Translations under genes and position numbers: made by a program
The notes under the pieces: generated by a model
The model's database searches: none
Told to the model about the DNA's origin: nothing
What the model saw: the letters and a program-made list of their open reading frames with translations, nothing else
Part shown: one piece after another, positions 8,715 through 18,895 of the stretch
How positions within the stretch are numbered: position 1 is the stretch's first letter
How the letters are laid out: each line of letters opens with the position of its first letter
Source of the DNA: an uncultured Pseudohongiella sp.
GTDB taxonomy: Bacteria > Pseudomonadota > Gammaproteobacteria > Pseudomonadales > Pseudohongiellaceae
Length of the DNA: 64,000 bases
Assembly (NCBI GenBank): GCA_965198435.1
Contig: OZ240664.1
Location: 966,675 to 1,030,674 of the forward strand
Direction of reading: 5' to 3'

Positions 8715-8781
8715 TTAAGTTAAACGCCTCATATGTTTAGCTGTTCCATCCAGCTTGCAACTCGATACCAATTCATGATGT

Positions 8782-9930
8782 TTACAGAAACTCTTCGAGT
8801 AAGCTGTTGAGTACGCTATATCCATGCTTACTCGTCGTGATACGACCATCTTTTGACAGCAACAGATTTTTGGCAGACAGGTATTCTACCTGCTTTGCTA
8901 TCATGGAAAAAGTGACGCCAGTCCGCTTTTCAAAATCTTGTTGAGTAAAACCTTCTCGCAGTCTAAGTACATTCATTAAGTATTCAAATGGCCTTTCACG
9001 TTGTGATACTTCGGTGCGAGCTGCTTCTCTATTCAAACCGGCAGCCATGTAATGTTCTGGTTGTTTGGTCTTCCTGTTTCTAACAATGCCATTTACCATG
9101 GAATGTGAAAGTTTGCCATGCGCTCCTGCGCCCACACCCAAATAGTCACCAAAGCGCCAGTAATTGAGGTTGTGTTTAGAACTTTTCCTGTCTTTGCAGT
9201 AAGCCGATACTTCATAACGGCTATACCCAGCGTCATTCAAAATCTGAATGCCTTTTTCAATCATATCCCATGTCTCAGAATCGTCTGGTAATTTTGGCGG
9301 CCTACTATAGAAAGCAGTGTTCGGCTCAATAGTGAGCTGGTACCAACTGAGATGTGCCGCTCCCATCTCGGTCGCACTTCGTAAATCAGCCAGGGCTTCA
9401 TCTACACTTTGATCAGGCAATCCATACATCAAGTCCAGATTGAAGTTGTGAAAGCCTGCTCGCTCACAAAAACTAATGGCACTTACTGCTTCCTCACTTG
9501 TATGAATGCGACCCAAAGCGCGAAGCATCGAATCCTGGAAACTCTGAACACCAATAGAAAGGCGATTGACTCCGCTGCTTTTATAATCTTTGAATCGTTC
9601 AGCTTCGGCTGTACCAGGATTCACTTCTAAAGTAATTTCAATATCGTTCACGAACCCGAAGATATTTTCAGCTTGTTCCAAAATTCTGCTAATGGAATTG
9701 GCGGTAAATAAACTGGGTGTTCCACCGCCGATAAAAATGGATTGCAGAGATCTTAAGTCATTCGAATCCAATCTTTCTGATTCGAATTGCAAGTCGTTAG
9801 CCACTGCAGAAACATACTCCTCTTCCGGCAGAGTTGCGTTTGCTTGATGAGAATTAAAATCGCAATAAGGGCATTTGCGAACACACCAGGGAATGTGTAT
9901 GTATAGGCTTAGTGGTGGAAGTTCCAGCAT
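8782..9930 (-). CDS. hemW: radical SAM family heme chaperone HemW (HemN-like)
   Basis: 382 aa with the CxxxCxxC motif (CVRKCPYCDF) and YggW/HemW-like length. Confidence 0.85.
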   Translation of the reverse strand: MLELPPLSLYIHIPWCVRKCPYCDFNSHQANATLPEEEYVSAVANDLQFESERLDSNDLRSLQSIFIGGGTPSLFTANSISRILEQAENIFGFVNDIEITLEVNPGTAEAERFKDYKSSGVNRLSIGVQSFQDSMLRALGRIHTSEEAVSAISFCERAGFHNFNLDLMYGLPDQSVDEALADLRSATEMGAAHLSWYQLTIEPNTAFYSRPPKLPDDSETWDMIEKGIQILNDAGYSRYEVSAYCKDRKSSKHNLNYWRFGDYLGVGAGAHGKLSHSMVNGIVRNRKTKQPEHYMAAGLNREAARTEVSQRERPFEYLMNVLRLREGFTQQDFEKRTGVTFSMIAKQVEYLSAKNLLLSKDGRITTSKHGYSVLNSLLEEFL

Positions 9931-10511
9931 TCTAATAAGTTGCGTAAGGCCTGACCACGATGGCTGAGCTTATTCTTTATATCTGCAGGCAATTCGGCCG
10001 ATGTACAATCATGGGCAGGTACATAAAATAGAGGGTCATAACCAAAGCCATTCTCACCTTGTTCCTCAAATAAAATCCTTCCTTCCCAGGTGCCTTGGCA
10101 AATCAGTGGCATGGGGTCTTTGGCATGTCGAAGATAAACAATGACGCATTGGAACCTTGCTGTTCTATCTGGCTCCACAATTTGTTCTAACTCTGCTAAG
10201 AGCCTGTTGTTATTAGCCTGGTCTGCACTCGCTCCCTGCTGGCCAGCATAGCGGGCGGAGTAAATACCGGGCGCGCCATTCAGGGCATCTACTTCAATGC
10301 CGGAATCATCAGCGATACTTGGGAGTCCGGTAGCTTGGCAGGCATTGCGCGCTTTGATGAGTGCATTTTCTACGAAGCTGAGCCCGGTTTCTGGTACCTC
10401 GCTGACGCCTAACTTAGATTGTGGAACAAGTTCAACTTCTTCCACTGACAGTATATCCTGCAGCTCTCGCAGCTTTCCTTTATTGCCGCTGGCTAAAACA
10501 ACTTTTGTCAT
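9909..10511 (-). CDS. rdgB: dITP/XTP pyrophosphatase
   Basis: 200 aa. ASGNKGKLRE..FGYDP.F are Ham1/RdgB motifs. Confidence 0.9.
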   Translation of the reverse strand: MTKVVLASGNKGKLRELQDILSVEEVELVPQSKLGVSEVPETGLSFVENALIKARNACQATGLPSIADDSGIEVDALNGAPGIYSARYAGQQGASADQANNNRLLAELEQIVEPDRTARFQCVIVYLRHAKDPMPLICQGTWEGRILFEEQGENGFGYDPLFYVPAHDCTSAELPADIKNKLSHRGQALRNLLECWNFHH

Positions 10512-10516
10512 GCCGG

Positions 10517-11116
10517 TCAGCCTCTGGTGATGTGATAGATCGCAATTTCGCCTAACAGGTTAGGCCAGTACTTCATTGCCCAGCTTCCCTGGTGCTGAGA
10601 ATCCACTACTGTACGCGTTAGCACTCGAATATCCATGTTTTTACAAAGCGCATCGAAATCCTTCACCGTACAAAAGTGAATGTTCGGTGTGTTGTACCAT
10701 TGATGGGGCATAAATTTACTAACAGGCATACGGCCTTTGGAGGCTAAATAGAGGCGACTCTTCCAGTTGCCGAAATTCGGAAACGTCACAATGCCATTTT
10801 TGCCAATGCGCAGCATTTCTTTCACCAGTTCCTGCGGGTTGCTCAGTGCCTGAAGTGTTTGCGTCAGCAACACGGTATCAAAACTATTGGATTGAAAGTT
10901 ATCCAATCCATTGTCGAGGTTTTGCTCGATAACATTGACGCCGTTGTCAATACATTGCTCAATGTTCGCCGCATCGATTTCGAGGCCAATGGACTTCACT
11001 TCCTTAGTCTCATTTAGAAAATGTAATAAGCTACCATCACCGCAGCCCAGATCGAGCACACGGCCATTCGGCTCAATCCATTGTTGGATAATTTCGAGGT
11101 CAGGGCGCATCTTCAC
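10517..11116 (-). CDS. metW: methionine biosynthesis protein MetW
   Basis: 199 aa with a VLDLGCGDG methyltransferase-like fold. Overlaps metX as in metXW operons. Confidence 0.9.
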   Translation of the reverse strand: MKMRPDLEIIQQWIEPNGRVLDLGCGDGSLLHFLNETKEVKSIGLEIDAANIEQCIDNGVNVIEQNLDNGLDNFQSNSFDTVLLTQTLQALSNPQELVKEMLRIGKNGIVTFPNFGNWKSRLYLASKGRMPVSKFMPHQWYNTPNIHFCTVKDFDALCKNMDIRVLTRTVVDSQHQGSWAMKYWPNLLGEIAIYHITRG

Positions 11117-12299
11117 AAACCTCGCGAAACACTCGATTCATGTAGGCGGAAAACGCATCTAAGTAACGCGGAATCGGCAACAAGAATGCATCATGCCCTT
11201 CGTCAGCATCGATCTCCACATAGGAAACTTCACGGTCTGCTTTTAACAGATCGGTCACCAGCTCCCTCGAGCGCTCTGGCGGAAAACGCCAATCTGTACT
11301 GAATGACATCAACATAAACTTGCAATCGCCATTAGTGAATGCCTTGCTTAAGTCACCGTCGAAATCTACGGATGGATCAAAATAATCCAATGCTTTTGTC
11401 ATCAGCAAATACGTGTTCGCATCAAAGTTTTCAGAAAACCGCTCACCTTGATAATGCAAATAACTTTCAACCTGAAAGTCCACGTTAAATCCAAAACTTA
11501 GTTTACCGCTTCTCAAGTCGCGGCCAAAATTGGATCCAGTTGATTCAAAATCGTCAACAGTTTTGCCGAACTTGGCGCGCATGGCACTATCGGATAAATA
11601 AGTGATATGCCCCACCATGCGAGCCAGCATCAAACCTTGCCTGGGTGATGTCTCTTTATCCAGATAGCGGCCTTCGTGAAAATTTGGATCGCTGATAATC
11701 GAGTGCCGTGCAACTTCATTGAAAGCGATATTTTGCGCCGAGAGTTTGGGCGCCGCAGCAATACACACGGCATGCTGTAGTCGCTCAGGGTAGCTTATAG
11801 CCCAGCGAATGACTTGCATACCACCCAGGCTTCCACCAATAACCGCAGCCCATCGCTCGATGTCCAGATGTTCCATCAGCAGCACCTGGCTCTTGACCCA
11901 GTCGCGCACAGTGACTACTGGAAAGTCAGGCCCATAGTACTTACCAGTGGCGGGGTTGATGGAAGTGGGTCCGGTACTACCTGCACATCCACCAAGGTTA
12001 TTCAGTGAAACCACATAAAACTTATTTGTGTCGATTGGTTTTCCAGGGCCGATGCAGACATCCCACCAGCCAGGCTTTCTATCTTTCTCGCTATGGTAGC
12101 CGGCCGCATGGTGATCACCACTGAGTGCGTGACAAATCAATACGGCATTAGATTTATCGGCATTCAAACTGCCATAGGTTTCCACCATTAGATCAAAACC
12201 ATTCAGGACTTTTCCGCTGCGCAGCACTAATTCTTCATCAAAATGAATACACTGCGGAGTTACTACTCCAACTGAATTTTGAGACGATGCAGTTTCCAT
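11100..12299 (-). CDS. metX: homoserine O-acyltransferase MetX
   Basis: 399-aa alpha/beta hydrolase with GGSLGGMQ and a typical MetX N-terminus. Confidence 0.9.
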   Translation of the reverse strand: METASSQNSVGVVTPQCIHFDEELVLRSGKVLNGFDLMVETYGSLNADKSNAVLICHALSGDHHAAGYHSEKDRKPGWWDVCIGPGKPIDTNKFYVVSLNNLGGCAGSTGPTSINPATGKYYGPDFPVVTVRDWVKSQVLLMEHLDIERWAAVIGGSLGGMQVIRWAISYPERLQHAVCIAAAPKLSAQNIAFNEVARHSIISDPNFHEGRYLDKETSPRQGLMLARMVGHITYLSDSAMRAKFGKTVDDFESTGSNFGRDLRSGKLSFGFNVDFQVESYLHYQGERFSENFDANTYLLMTKALDYFDPSVDFDGDLSKAFTNGDCKFMLMSFSTDWRFPPERSRELVTDLLKADREVSYVEIDADEGHDAFLLPIPRYLDAFSAYMNRVFREVCEDAP

Positions 12300-12308
12300 T
12301 TCTTTTAG

Positions 12309-12448
12309 GGAGCCTCTGATTAATTACCTACGTTGTTATTGCTGCGTTAAAAATCAGCTCAAAATGCGCATTTATGCCCTATAAACTGCGCTTTTTCGCT
12401 GATTTTTACCTTGCACTAACTGCCTCGCAAACATTAATCAGAGGCTCC
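12309..12448 (+). mobile_element. MITE-A copy A6 (140 bp, F)
   Basis: TTAG/TTAG flanks. The left end reads GGAGCC, giving perfect TIRs. Lies 9 bp upstream of the metX ATG. Confidence 0.9.
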
Positions 12449-12476
12449 TTAGCTTAAAGCCTGGTGGGGCCTGCTT

Positions 12477-13076
12477 TTAGATGCCGATTACAACTGCGGC
12501 GATCTGTTCAGTAACTCTGAAAGATTGGAGTAACAGATTTCGAATCAATCCGATTCCGATGAAAATAAATATTGGAGAAAAATCCAGTCCGCCCATCGGT
12601 GGTAACACTTTCCGAACAGGTGCCATTACTGGTTCAGTGAGTTGCCAAATAAGTCTCAATAACGGATGAGGATTCATATTGCCTGAAAACAACATCACAA
12701 ATGACATGATAATTGACCCAATAATGGCGTAGTAGTAAATCATTACTATGAAATAAATCACGCCGACGAAAGCATAGGTCACTACGAATCCAATCGAAGG
12801 AATTGCGAATCCATATAGTAATAGCAGGATGCAGATTGCAACGCCCTCTACCACAAGCGCAAGTATAAAGCTGGAGAAATCTATTCCTTTGTATCCGGGA
12901 ATAAAACTTCTAAATACCCGGACCATGGGATCAGTGATTCTTACTATGGCCTGTGATACAGGATTGTAAAAATCCGCACGTGCAATTTGCAGTAGAAATC
13001 GTAAAAGAACTGCAAGCAAATACAATCCGCCGAGTGCGTTGAAAATCAGTGCGGCTGAACTACCCAATACTCCCAT
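12477..13076 (-). CDS. yggT: YggT family membrane protein
   Basis: 199-aa polytopic membrane protein next to proC, as in the yggS-proC-yggT cluster. Confidence 0.8.
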   Translation of the reverse strand: MGVLGSSAALIFNALGGLYLLAVLLRFLLQIARADFYNPVSQAIVRITDPMVRVFRSFIPGYKGIDFSSFILALVVEGVAICILLLLYGFAIPSIGFVVTYAFVGVIYFIVMIYYYAIIGSIIMSFVMLFSGNMNPHPLLRLIWQLTEPVMAPVRKVLPPMGGLDFSPIFIFIGIGLIRNLLLQSFRVTEQIAAVVIGI

Positions 13077-13122
13077 CTCAAAATCTCATTTATCGCTATA
13101 TTAAAACTCCAGCTAATCACAC

Positions 13123-13941
13123 TTAGCTGTCACCTGTACGTTTTGCTAACTCTTCCGATCTTAGTTTCGCTGCTTGCATGGACTTGGTCACCAGATCCCG
13201 TAAGCCGCCAGTTTCAAATACTTCCAATGCCCGTTCTGTGGTGCCACCTGGGGAAGTCACTTTGCGTCGTAATTCCACAACATCGTCTTCGCCCTGCAAT
13301 GCTAATTCAGCAGCGCCAAGCGCGGTTTGTATACTTAGTTTGTCCGCTGTGTCCTTACTTAAGCCTAACTCAACTGCAGCATCTTGCATGGCTTCAAGAA
13401 ACAGAAAAAAGTAAGCAGGGCCACTTCCAGACAATGCAGTCACCGTATCTATTGCATCTTCGGAGTCTACCCAAACACTTAAGCCCACGGCTTGCATTAG
13501 CTTGCTGGCTAAACCGCGCTGTTCCTGGGATGTGTTGTCATTAGCAAATAAGCCACTTGCACCCTTTCCCACCAATGCGGGTGTATTCGGCATGCAGCGG
13601 GTAACCGACGTGGTTGATCCCAACCAACTCTCTATATTTTCGATTGTGATTCCTGCTGCAACCGACACAACCAATGGTGATTGATCACCCAGAGAAATCT
13701 TTCTGCAAACGGTTTGCATTACCTGTGGCTTGACCGCTAACACAATGACATCTGCTGAATCAGCGATAGTCTGATTGTTTCCAGTTCTGATACCGTATTC
13801 AAGCTTGAGTGCTGCAAGCCTCTCCGCGTCTATATCAGCAACCACGATGGCATTCGGGTTCACGCCATCGGTCAATAACCCCCGTATCAGGCTACTTGCC
13901 ATGTTTCCGGCACCAATGAAGCCAAGTGACAGGTTATCCAA
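13123..13941 (-). CDS. proC: pyrroline-5-carboxylate reductase
   Basis: 272 aa. Has the GFIGAGNMA Rossmann motif and the TSPGGTT motif. Confidence 0.9.
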   Translation of the reverse strand: MDNLSLGFIGAGNMASSLIRGLLTDGVNPNAIVVADIDAERLAALKLEYGIRTGNNQTIADSADVIVLAVKPQVMQTVCRKISLGDQSPLVVSVAAGITIENIESWLGSTTSVTRCMPNTPALVGKGASGLFANDNTSQEQRGLASKLMQAVGLSVWVDSEDAIDTVTALSGSGPAYFFLFLEAMQDAAVELGLSKDTADKLSIQTALGAAELALQGEDDVVELRRKVTSPGGTTERALEVFETGGLRDLVTKSMQAAKLRSEELAKRTGDS

Positions 13942-14089
13942 AAAGCATCTCCCTGCAGAAATTCTGTTGAGATCGATCGATTTCGAGGATCAATTGAAGC
14001 CAGTTGTGCTGGCTGGCTATTCTAGCGTATTCCCCAATTGTGGGATAAGGGTATTCTGATAATTGCTGATGAAGGTGATTTGCTGGAAT

Positions 14090-14773
14090 TTACTCTCTTG
14101 GGCCAAATATGGCGGTGCCCAAACGAATTATGGTGGAACCTGCAGCGATTGCTGCTGGATAATCATTGGTCATTCCCATAGATAACGTATCCATATTTAC
14201 ACAGGAACTTTGCACTCTGCAATACAAAGCATTGAGTTCTGCAAAACAGGCTTGCTGCGCATCAAATCCTTCCAGTGGAGCAGGTATTGCCATTAATCCG
14301 CGTAAAACCAGCCGAGGCATTGTTGCAATTTGTTCGCAAAGTGATCCAGCAGCATCCAATGTTATTCCAGATTTGCTGAGTTCGTTGGACAGGTTTATCT
14401 GTACACAGACATTTAAAGGTGGCAGATCAGCAGGTCGCTGGTCAGACAGTCGCTGGGCAATTTTCAATTTGTCAATGCTGTGAACCCAGTGAAAATGTTC
14501 AGCGATACCTCGAGTCTTATTGGATTGAATGGGGCCAATAAAATGCCAGCGTAGATCAAGATCTTGCAATTGTTCGATCTTATCCAAACCTTCTTGCAGG
14601 TAATTCTCGCCAAAATCTCTTATGCCAGATGCAGCTGCTTCACGAATCTTCTCTGCGCTATGTTTTTTGCTAGCAGCCAACAGCTTCACAGCGCCGGACT
14701 GTCTGGAGTACTTTTTCTCAAGCTCACGTATTTCAGCGTCTAGGCTGTTAATTCTTTCTGCTATGTTGGTCAT
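14090..14773 (-). CDS. yggS: YggS family pyridoxal phosphate homeostasis protein
   Basis: The family match starts at MTNIAERI. I trimmed the ORF-track start (15034) to the ATG at 14773, because the extension overlaps pilT. Confidence 0.85.
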   Translation of the reverse strand: MTNIAERINSLDAEIRELEKKYSRQSGAVKLLAASKKHSAEKIREAAASGIRDFGENYLQEGLDKIEQLQDLDLRWHFIGPIQSNKTRGIAEHFHWVHSIDKLKIAQRLSDQRPADLPPLNVCVQINLSNELSKSGITLDAAGSLCEQIATMPRLVLRGLMAIPAPLEGFDAQQACFAELNALYCRVQSSCVNMDTLSMGMTNDYPAAIAAGSTIIRLGTAIFGPRE

Positions 14774-14890
14774 GTTTTGCCCGGGGCTTTCCCTGATCCG
14801 GCTCTGGGATATTCTGAGAAAGAGGGATACTATAGGTGGCACAGAGCTTAATAACCAGAACATTAATAACGGCTGTTGTAGATACGGGCT

Positions 14891-15925
14891 ATGAACATTA
14901 CAGAACTTTTGGAATTCAGTGTGGAGCAGGGTGCATCGGACTTGCACATTACCGCTGGCATGCCTCCACTGATTCGCGTTGATGGTGATATTCGACGCAT
15001 CAACGTGCCTGAAATGGATCATAAGGAAGTGCACTCGTTGATTTACGAGGTTATAAACGATAAGCAGCGAAAGGACTATGAAGAATTCCTGGAGATCGAC
15101 TTCTCTTTAGAAGTTCCAAACCTGGCGCGATTTCGTGGTAATGCTTTTATTCAACATCGTGGTGCCGCAGCAGCATTTCGTACCATTCCATCGAAAGTGC
15201 TTTCAATGGAACAACTTGATATGGGCGACGTATTCCGAAAAATATCAGATATGCCTCGTGGCCTGATCTGCGTAACAGGACCAACGGGTTCGGGAAAGAG
15301 TACAACGCTTGCCGCCATGATAGATTATATTAATGACACCAGGTATGAGCACATTCTCACGATTGAGGATCCGATCGAATTTGTACACCATAGTAAAAAG
15401 TGTCTGGTGAATCAGCGTGAAGTGTATAGAGATACACATGGCTTTAATGAGGCACTGCGTTCAGCACTTCGTGAAGACCCAGATATCATTCTCGTTGGTG
15501 AGCTTCGTGACCTGGAGACGATTCGTCTTGCGCTAACGGCTGCAGAAACCGGCCACCTGGTTTTGGCCACATTACATACCACTTCAGCTGCCGAGAGTAT
15601 TGACCGTGTAATCGATGTATTTCCAGCCGCAGAAAAAAACGTGGTACGGTCCATGTTGTCGGAATCACTGCAAGCGGTAATTTCACAAACGCTAATGAAG
15701 AAACCCGGCGGTGGTCGAGTCGCAGCCCGTGAAATTATGATTGGTACGGCTGCGATTCGAAATCTGATTCGAGAAGACAAAGTGGCGCAGATGTATTCAG
15801 CTATTCAGACTGGTGCATCAGTGGGCATGCAGACTTTGGACCAGTGTTTGAAGGATTTATTGATGAAGGGCCTTATTACGAGGGAAGATGCAAGGTCCAA
15901 GGCCAAGATGCCCGAAAACTTCTAG
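14891..15925 (+). CDS. pilT: type IV pilus twitching motility ATPase PilT
   Basis: 344 aa with Walker A GPTGSGKST and the PilT signature. Divergent from yggS, as in Pseudomonas. Confidence 0.9.
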   Translation: MNITELLEFSVEQGASDLHITAGMPPLIRVDGDIRRINVPEMDHKEVHSLIYEVINDKQRKDYEEFLEIDFSLEVPNLARFRGNAFIQHRGAAAAFRTIPSKVLSMEQLDMGDVFRKISDMPRGLICVTGPTGSGKSTTLAAMIDYINDTRYEHILTIEDPIEFVHHSKKCLVNQREVYRDTHGFNEALRSALREDPDIILVGELRDLETIRLALTAAETGHLVLATLHTTSAAESIDRVIDVFPAAEKNVVRSMLSESLQAVISQTLMKKPGGGRVAAREIMIGTAAIRNLIREDKVAQMYSAIQTGASVGMQTLDQCLKDLLMKGLITREDARSKAKMPENF

Positions 15926-16185
15926 GGCCTGTTCACACTAATTAAGTGGTCTTTGCTAGAGAGCATTTTTGCGCTCAGCAAGGCAGAAAGAGTGCCGTAT
16001 ATAACTATATATAAACTATTGATAACGAAGCTGGGCGCAAAGATGCGCCTAGCCCTTCGGGGGTTGTGGCTAAAAAAGCGCCACTTGTCGTTGCTCGTCG
16101 CTCATTTGGAATCACCAAACTACGCTCCTCAATTGGCGCTTTTGTAGTCACAACAGAGATCACTTAATGAGTGTGAACAGGCCCT
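15924..16185 (+). mobile_element. MITE-B copy B2 (262 bp)
   Basis: Same termini as B1, with TA on both flanks. The pilT TAG stop overlaps the left junction. Confidence 0.85.
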
Positions 16186-16189
16186 AATT

Positions 16190-17439
16190 TGTAGAAGTTT
16201 AGACCTGATCTGACAGTTACCCGTTTATCTGTGGTGTCTCTCCGGTGAAGTCCAGGTTACACACTTTTCCATCCAGATTTGTTTTCCACCGATGAGTGTC
16301 TCCATCGGCGTTCTCCCGCAGCACATTTTGCTTTGGTGAGTGCGTTGAGTAGTGTATTTAGCCAACCAGTGGTCAAGGTCCTTTTGTAAGTCCTCCAACT
16401 GATCGTAAATCTTTTTACGTAAAGCAATCCTGTAAAACTCATCCTTCACCGTCTTAATGGAACCGCTCGCAGATGCCATGGGTTTGTGGTGACTTGACCT
16501 TGGTCCTGGTGTGCTCAATCTCGTTGAGCGATAAAGACAGCGGATCATCATGCTGTTCAGCTTTGCCACAATACGCCGTCCCACGATCCGTCAAAATACG
16601 CAACACAGGAAGCTCTTGCTCTTCGTAGAACGGCAAGACACGATCATTGCATTAAGAGTAAATCCACTGCGTTCATCGGTCCTTTTTTTGGGGGGTATGA
16701 CGCTTCACCTGAGCCACGTTGGTAGTTGCTACGCGTATCGACGTAGGTTGCAGGTTTGCGGATATAACCAGCCTATGCTTTTGAACGTGCCTGCTAAACG
16801 TGCCCACATAGTCCGTATCCTGAGAACCCAGATAGCCCGGGTGGGCTGTTTCAATCTCGCTTGCGGCCACATCGTCTTGTTGTTTGCGTTCCATCGCCGC
16901 CACCTGAGACTCGGTGAGAATAGGGCCCTCTTGAGCCACCAAGGCGTCCAGCACCTTGAGACGGTCTTTGAAGCACGCCAAGTGATGGCGTAACCAAGAT
17001 ACCCCGAATACCACTGAGTGAGACAAAGGTGCCTCGCTTACGCCGTTCATTGCTGGTGCGCGTTTGTCCATGAGCAGGTTCTTCAACCGCGTACTTAACC
17101 ACCGATTCAACGGCAGGATCAATCCGATTTTTCAGATTGGGCTGGCGACGATTGCTGTCAAACAGAGTATCAACGCCGCCTTCCTCTGTGGCTGACTTGT
17201 CACGATAAAACGTATCGCGTGACAGCCCCATCATTTTGCAGGCTTTGGATACATTGCCCGGCTCTTCGGCCAGATTGGGCAGGCCGATTTTGTGTTTAAT
17301 AACTTTTTCCGTAGATATGGATCATGAGAGTGACCTCTTTGTTTTGATTTAGGGTGTGGTAACCACATCAAAACGGGCAACTTTCTTGCGGGCATTCCTT
17401 TCGAACTACCAACTGTTAGATCAGGTCTAAACTTCTACA
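16190..17439 (-). mobile_element. IS481-family insertion sequence, degenerate (1250 bp)
   Basis: 29-bp inverted repeats at 16190-16218 (TGTAGAAGTTTAGACCTGATCTGACAGTT) and 17411-17439, matching 28 of 29. Flanking direct repeat CCTAATT at 16183-16189 and 17440-17446. Confidence 0.85.
16225..17325 (-). pseudogene. IS481-family DDE transposase, multiple frameshifts
   Basis: Transposase-like peptides are scattered over three frames: MMGLSRDTFYR, ETAHPGYLGSQDT, LRILTDRGTAYCGK..HTRTKVKSPQTHGICERFH, and MCCGRTPMETL. The first frameshift is within 5 codons of the ATG at 17325. Confidence 0.8.
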
Positions 17440-17676
17440 CCTAATTAGAGGGTTTTAGGCTTGCAGTGCTTCGTTGTATCCTCGCTCGCTCCCGGGTACC
17501 TCGCGCTGCATCGTCTGCATTCTCTCTATAACTTCGCTGACGTTTTTGGGCATGTCGCACTCAATTCCTGGAATACTTTTACTCTAGGATAAGGCTTCTC
17601 AGTTCGGTCTTGCGTTGCATTGCCTAAAATTCTTCGACTCTTTCATTTCAGGTCAGGTCATATACGTTAAGTCCAG

Positions 17677-17827
17677 GGAACCTCTGATTAATTACCTATT
17701 AATTACCTACGTTGTTATTGCAGCGTTAAAAATCATCTCAAAATGCGCATTTATGACCTGTAAACTGCGCTTTTTCGCTGATTTTTGCCTTGCACTAACT
17801 GCCTCGCAAACATTAATCAGAGGCTCC
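17677..17827 (+). mobile_element. MITE-A copy A7 (151 bp, F)
   Basis: Carries one extra subterminal 11-mer (ATTAATTACCT x2). Flanks CCAG/TTAA do not match. Contains the last 3 codons and the TGA stop of ruvX. Confidence 0.9.
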
Positions 17828-18266
17828 TTAAATCGTTGAACCAGTTTCGCAAGATAATTTGAGCTGCAATATCGTCGATGGCAGATTTTTTGTTGATGTT
17901 ACCTTCTTCAATAGCTTGCTCTATAGCTGCTTTCGAAGACAAACGTTCATCCATTCCGAAACTTGGCATGTTAAAGCGACCATTTAGACGATTCCCAAAC
18001 TTTACTGCTCTAGGCAGAAGCTCACTGTCAGAGCCATCCAGATTATAGGGCAGGCCAACCACGAATACGTCCGGCCGCCAATCCTCGATCAATTTTTCAA
18101 TCTGATCCCAATCGGGGATGCCGTCTTTTGCCTTTAATACACATATGGCCTGCGCTGTTCCCGTGATGCTTTGGCCAAATGCTACACCAATTCGCTGAGT
18201 CCCATAATCGAATGCCAGCGCAGCTATAGGTTTCGATCTATCGTTTGGAAAATTTTGCAGGCTCAT
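17817..18266 (-). CDS. ruvX: Holliday junction resolvase-like protein RuvX/YqgF
   Basis: 149 aa with the YqgF family N-terminus (ALAFDYGTQRIGVA). The C-terminal RSL-stop is encoded by MITE A7. Confidence 0.85.
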   Translation of the reverse strand: MSLQNFPNDRSKPIAALAFDYGTQRIGVAFGQSITGTAQAICVLKAKDGIPDWDQIEKLIEDWRPDVFVVGLPYNLDGSDSELLPRAVKFGNRLNGRFNMPSFGMDERLSSKAAIEQAIEEGNINKKSAIDDIAAQIILRNWFNDLRSL

Positions 18267-18290
18267 GCAGCGGACATTAGGTGTTAGATG

Positions 18291-18881
18291 CTAGGAATGT
18301 CCCGCCTCAGGCGATAGCTGGTCAAGATGGATACCCAATAGTGCGGCGGCATCTTTGGATTTTTCCGCATAGTCGTGAGAAAACAGCAGCTCTGTATTAG
18401 TCGGCACCGTCAGCCAGGCATTTTCAGTAATCTCTCGCTCCAGTTGCCCGGCCTTCCAGCCAGCGCAGCCTAGTGCTACCAAATAATTTGGTGGACCATG
18501 TCCCTGTGCGATATCTTGCAGAATAGTTTTTGACGTACAGACTGAAATATTATCTGTAATGACAATGGATGATTCCCACTGTGCTCCGGCGTCATGAATG
18601 ATGAAACCTTTATCCCGTTCTACCGGCCCGCCTGCGAGAACGTGTTGATGTTGCAGTTCCTGCTCGCTAATTGAACACTGGATATCCAATTCGTCGAAAA
18701 TATCAGTGACCTTTGCTTGCAGGGGCTTGTTGATCACAATGCCGACAGCCCCCTCTTGGTTGTGTCGCCACAAGTAGGTTACTGTATTGGCGAAATAGGG
18801 GTCTATGAGCTGTGGCATGGCTACTAGAAACTGGTTTTCTAAATAGCTTTCAAAATAGCTTTCAAATTCAAGTTTAGGCAT
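18291..18881 (-). CDS. yqgE: YqgE/AlgH family protein
   Basis: FLVAMPQLIDPYFANTVTYLWRHNQEGAVGIVINKPL is the UPF0301 signature. Confidence 0.85.
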   Translation of the reverse strand: MPKLEFESYFESYLENQFLVAMPQLIDPYFANTVTYLWRHNQEGAVGIVINKPLQAKVTDIFDELDIQCSISEQELQHQHVLAGGPVERDKGFIIHDAGAQWESSIVITDNISVCTSKTILQDIAQGHGPPNYLVALGCAGWKAGQLEREITENAWLTVPTNTELLFSHDYAEKSKDAAALLGIHLDQLSPEAGHS

Positions 18882-18895
18882 GGCGGGCTACTGAA

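Noticed and set aside
14774-15034. An N-terminal 87-codon extension of the yggS ORF (ORF track 14090..15034).
   Set aside because: YggS homology begins at MTNIAERI (ATG 14773). The extension overlaps the pilT start region and has no family support.
16550-16993. The 147-aa plus-strand ORF inside the IS.
   Set aside because: It is antisense to the recognisable but frameshifted IS481-family transposase fragments and matches no family.
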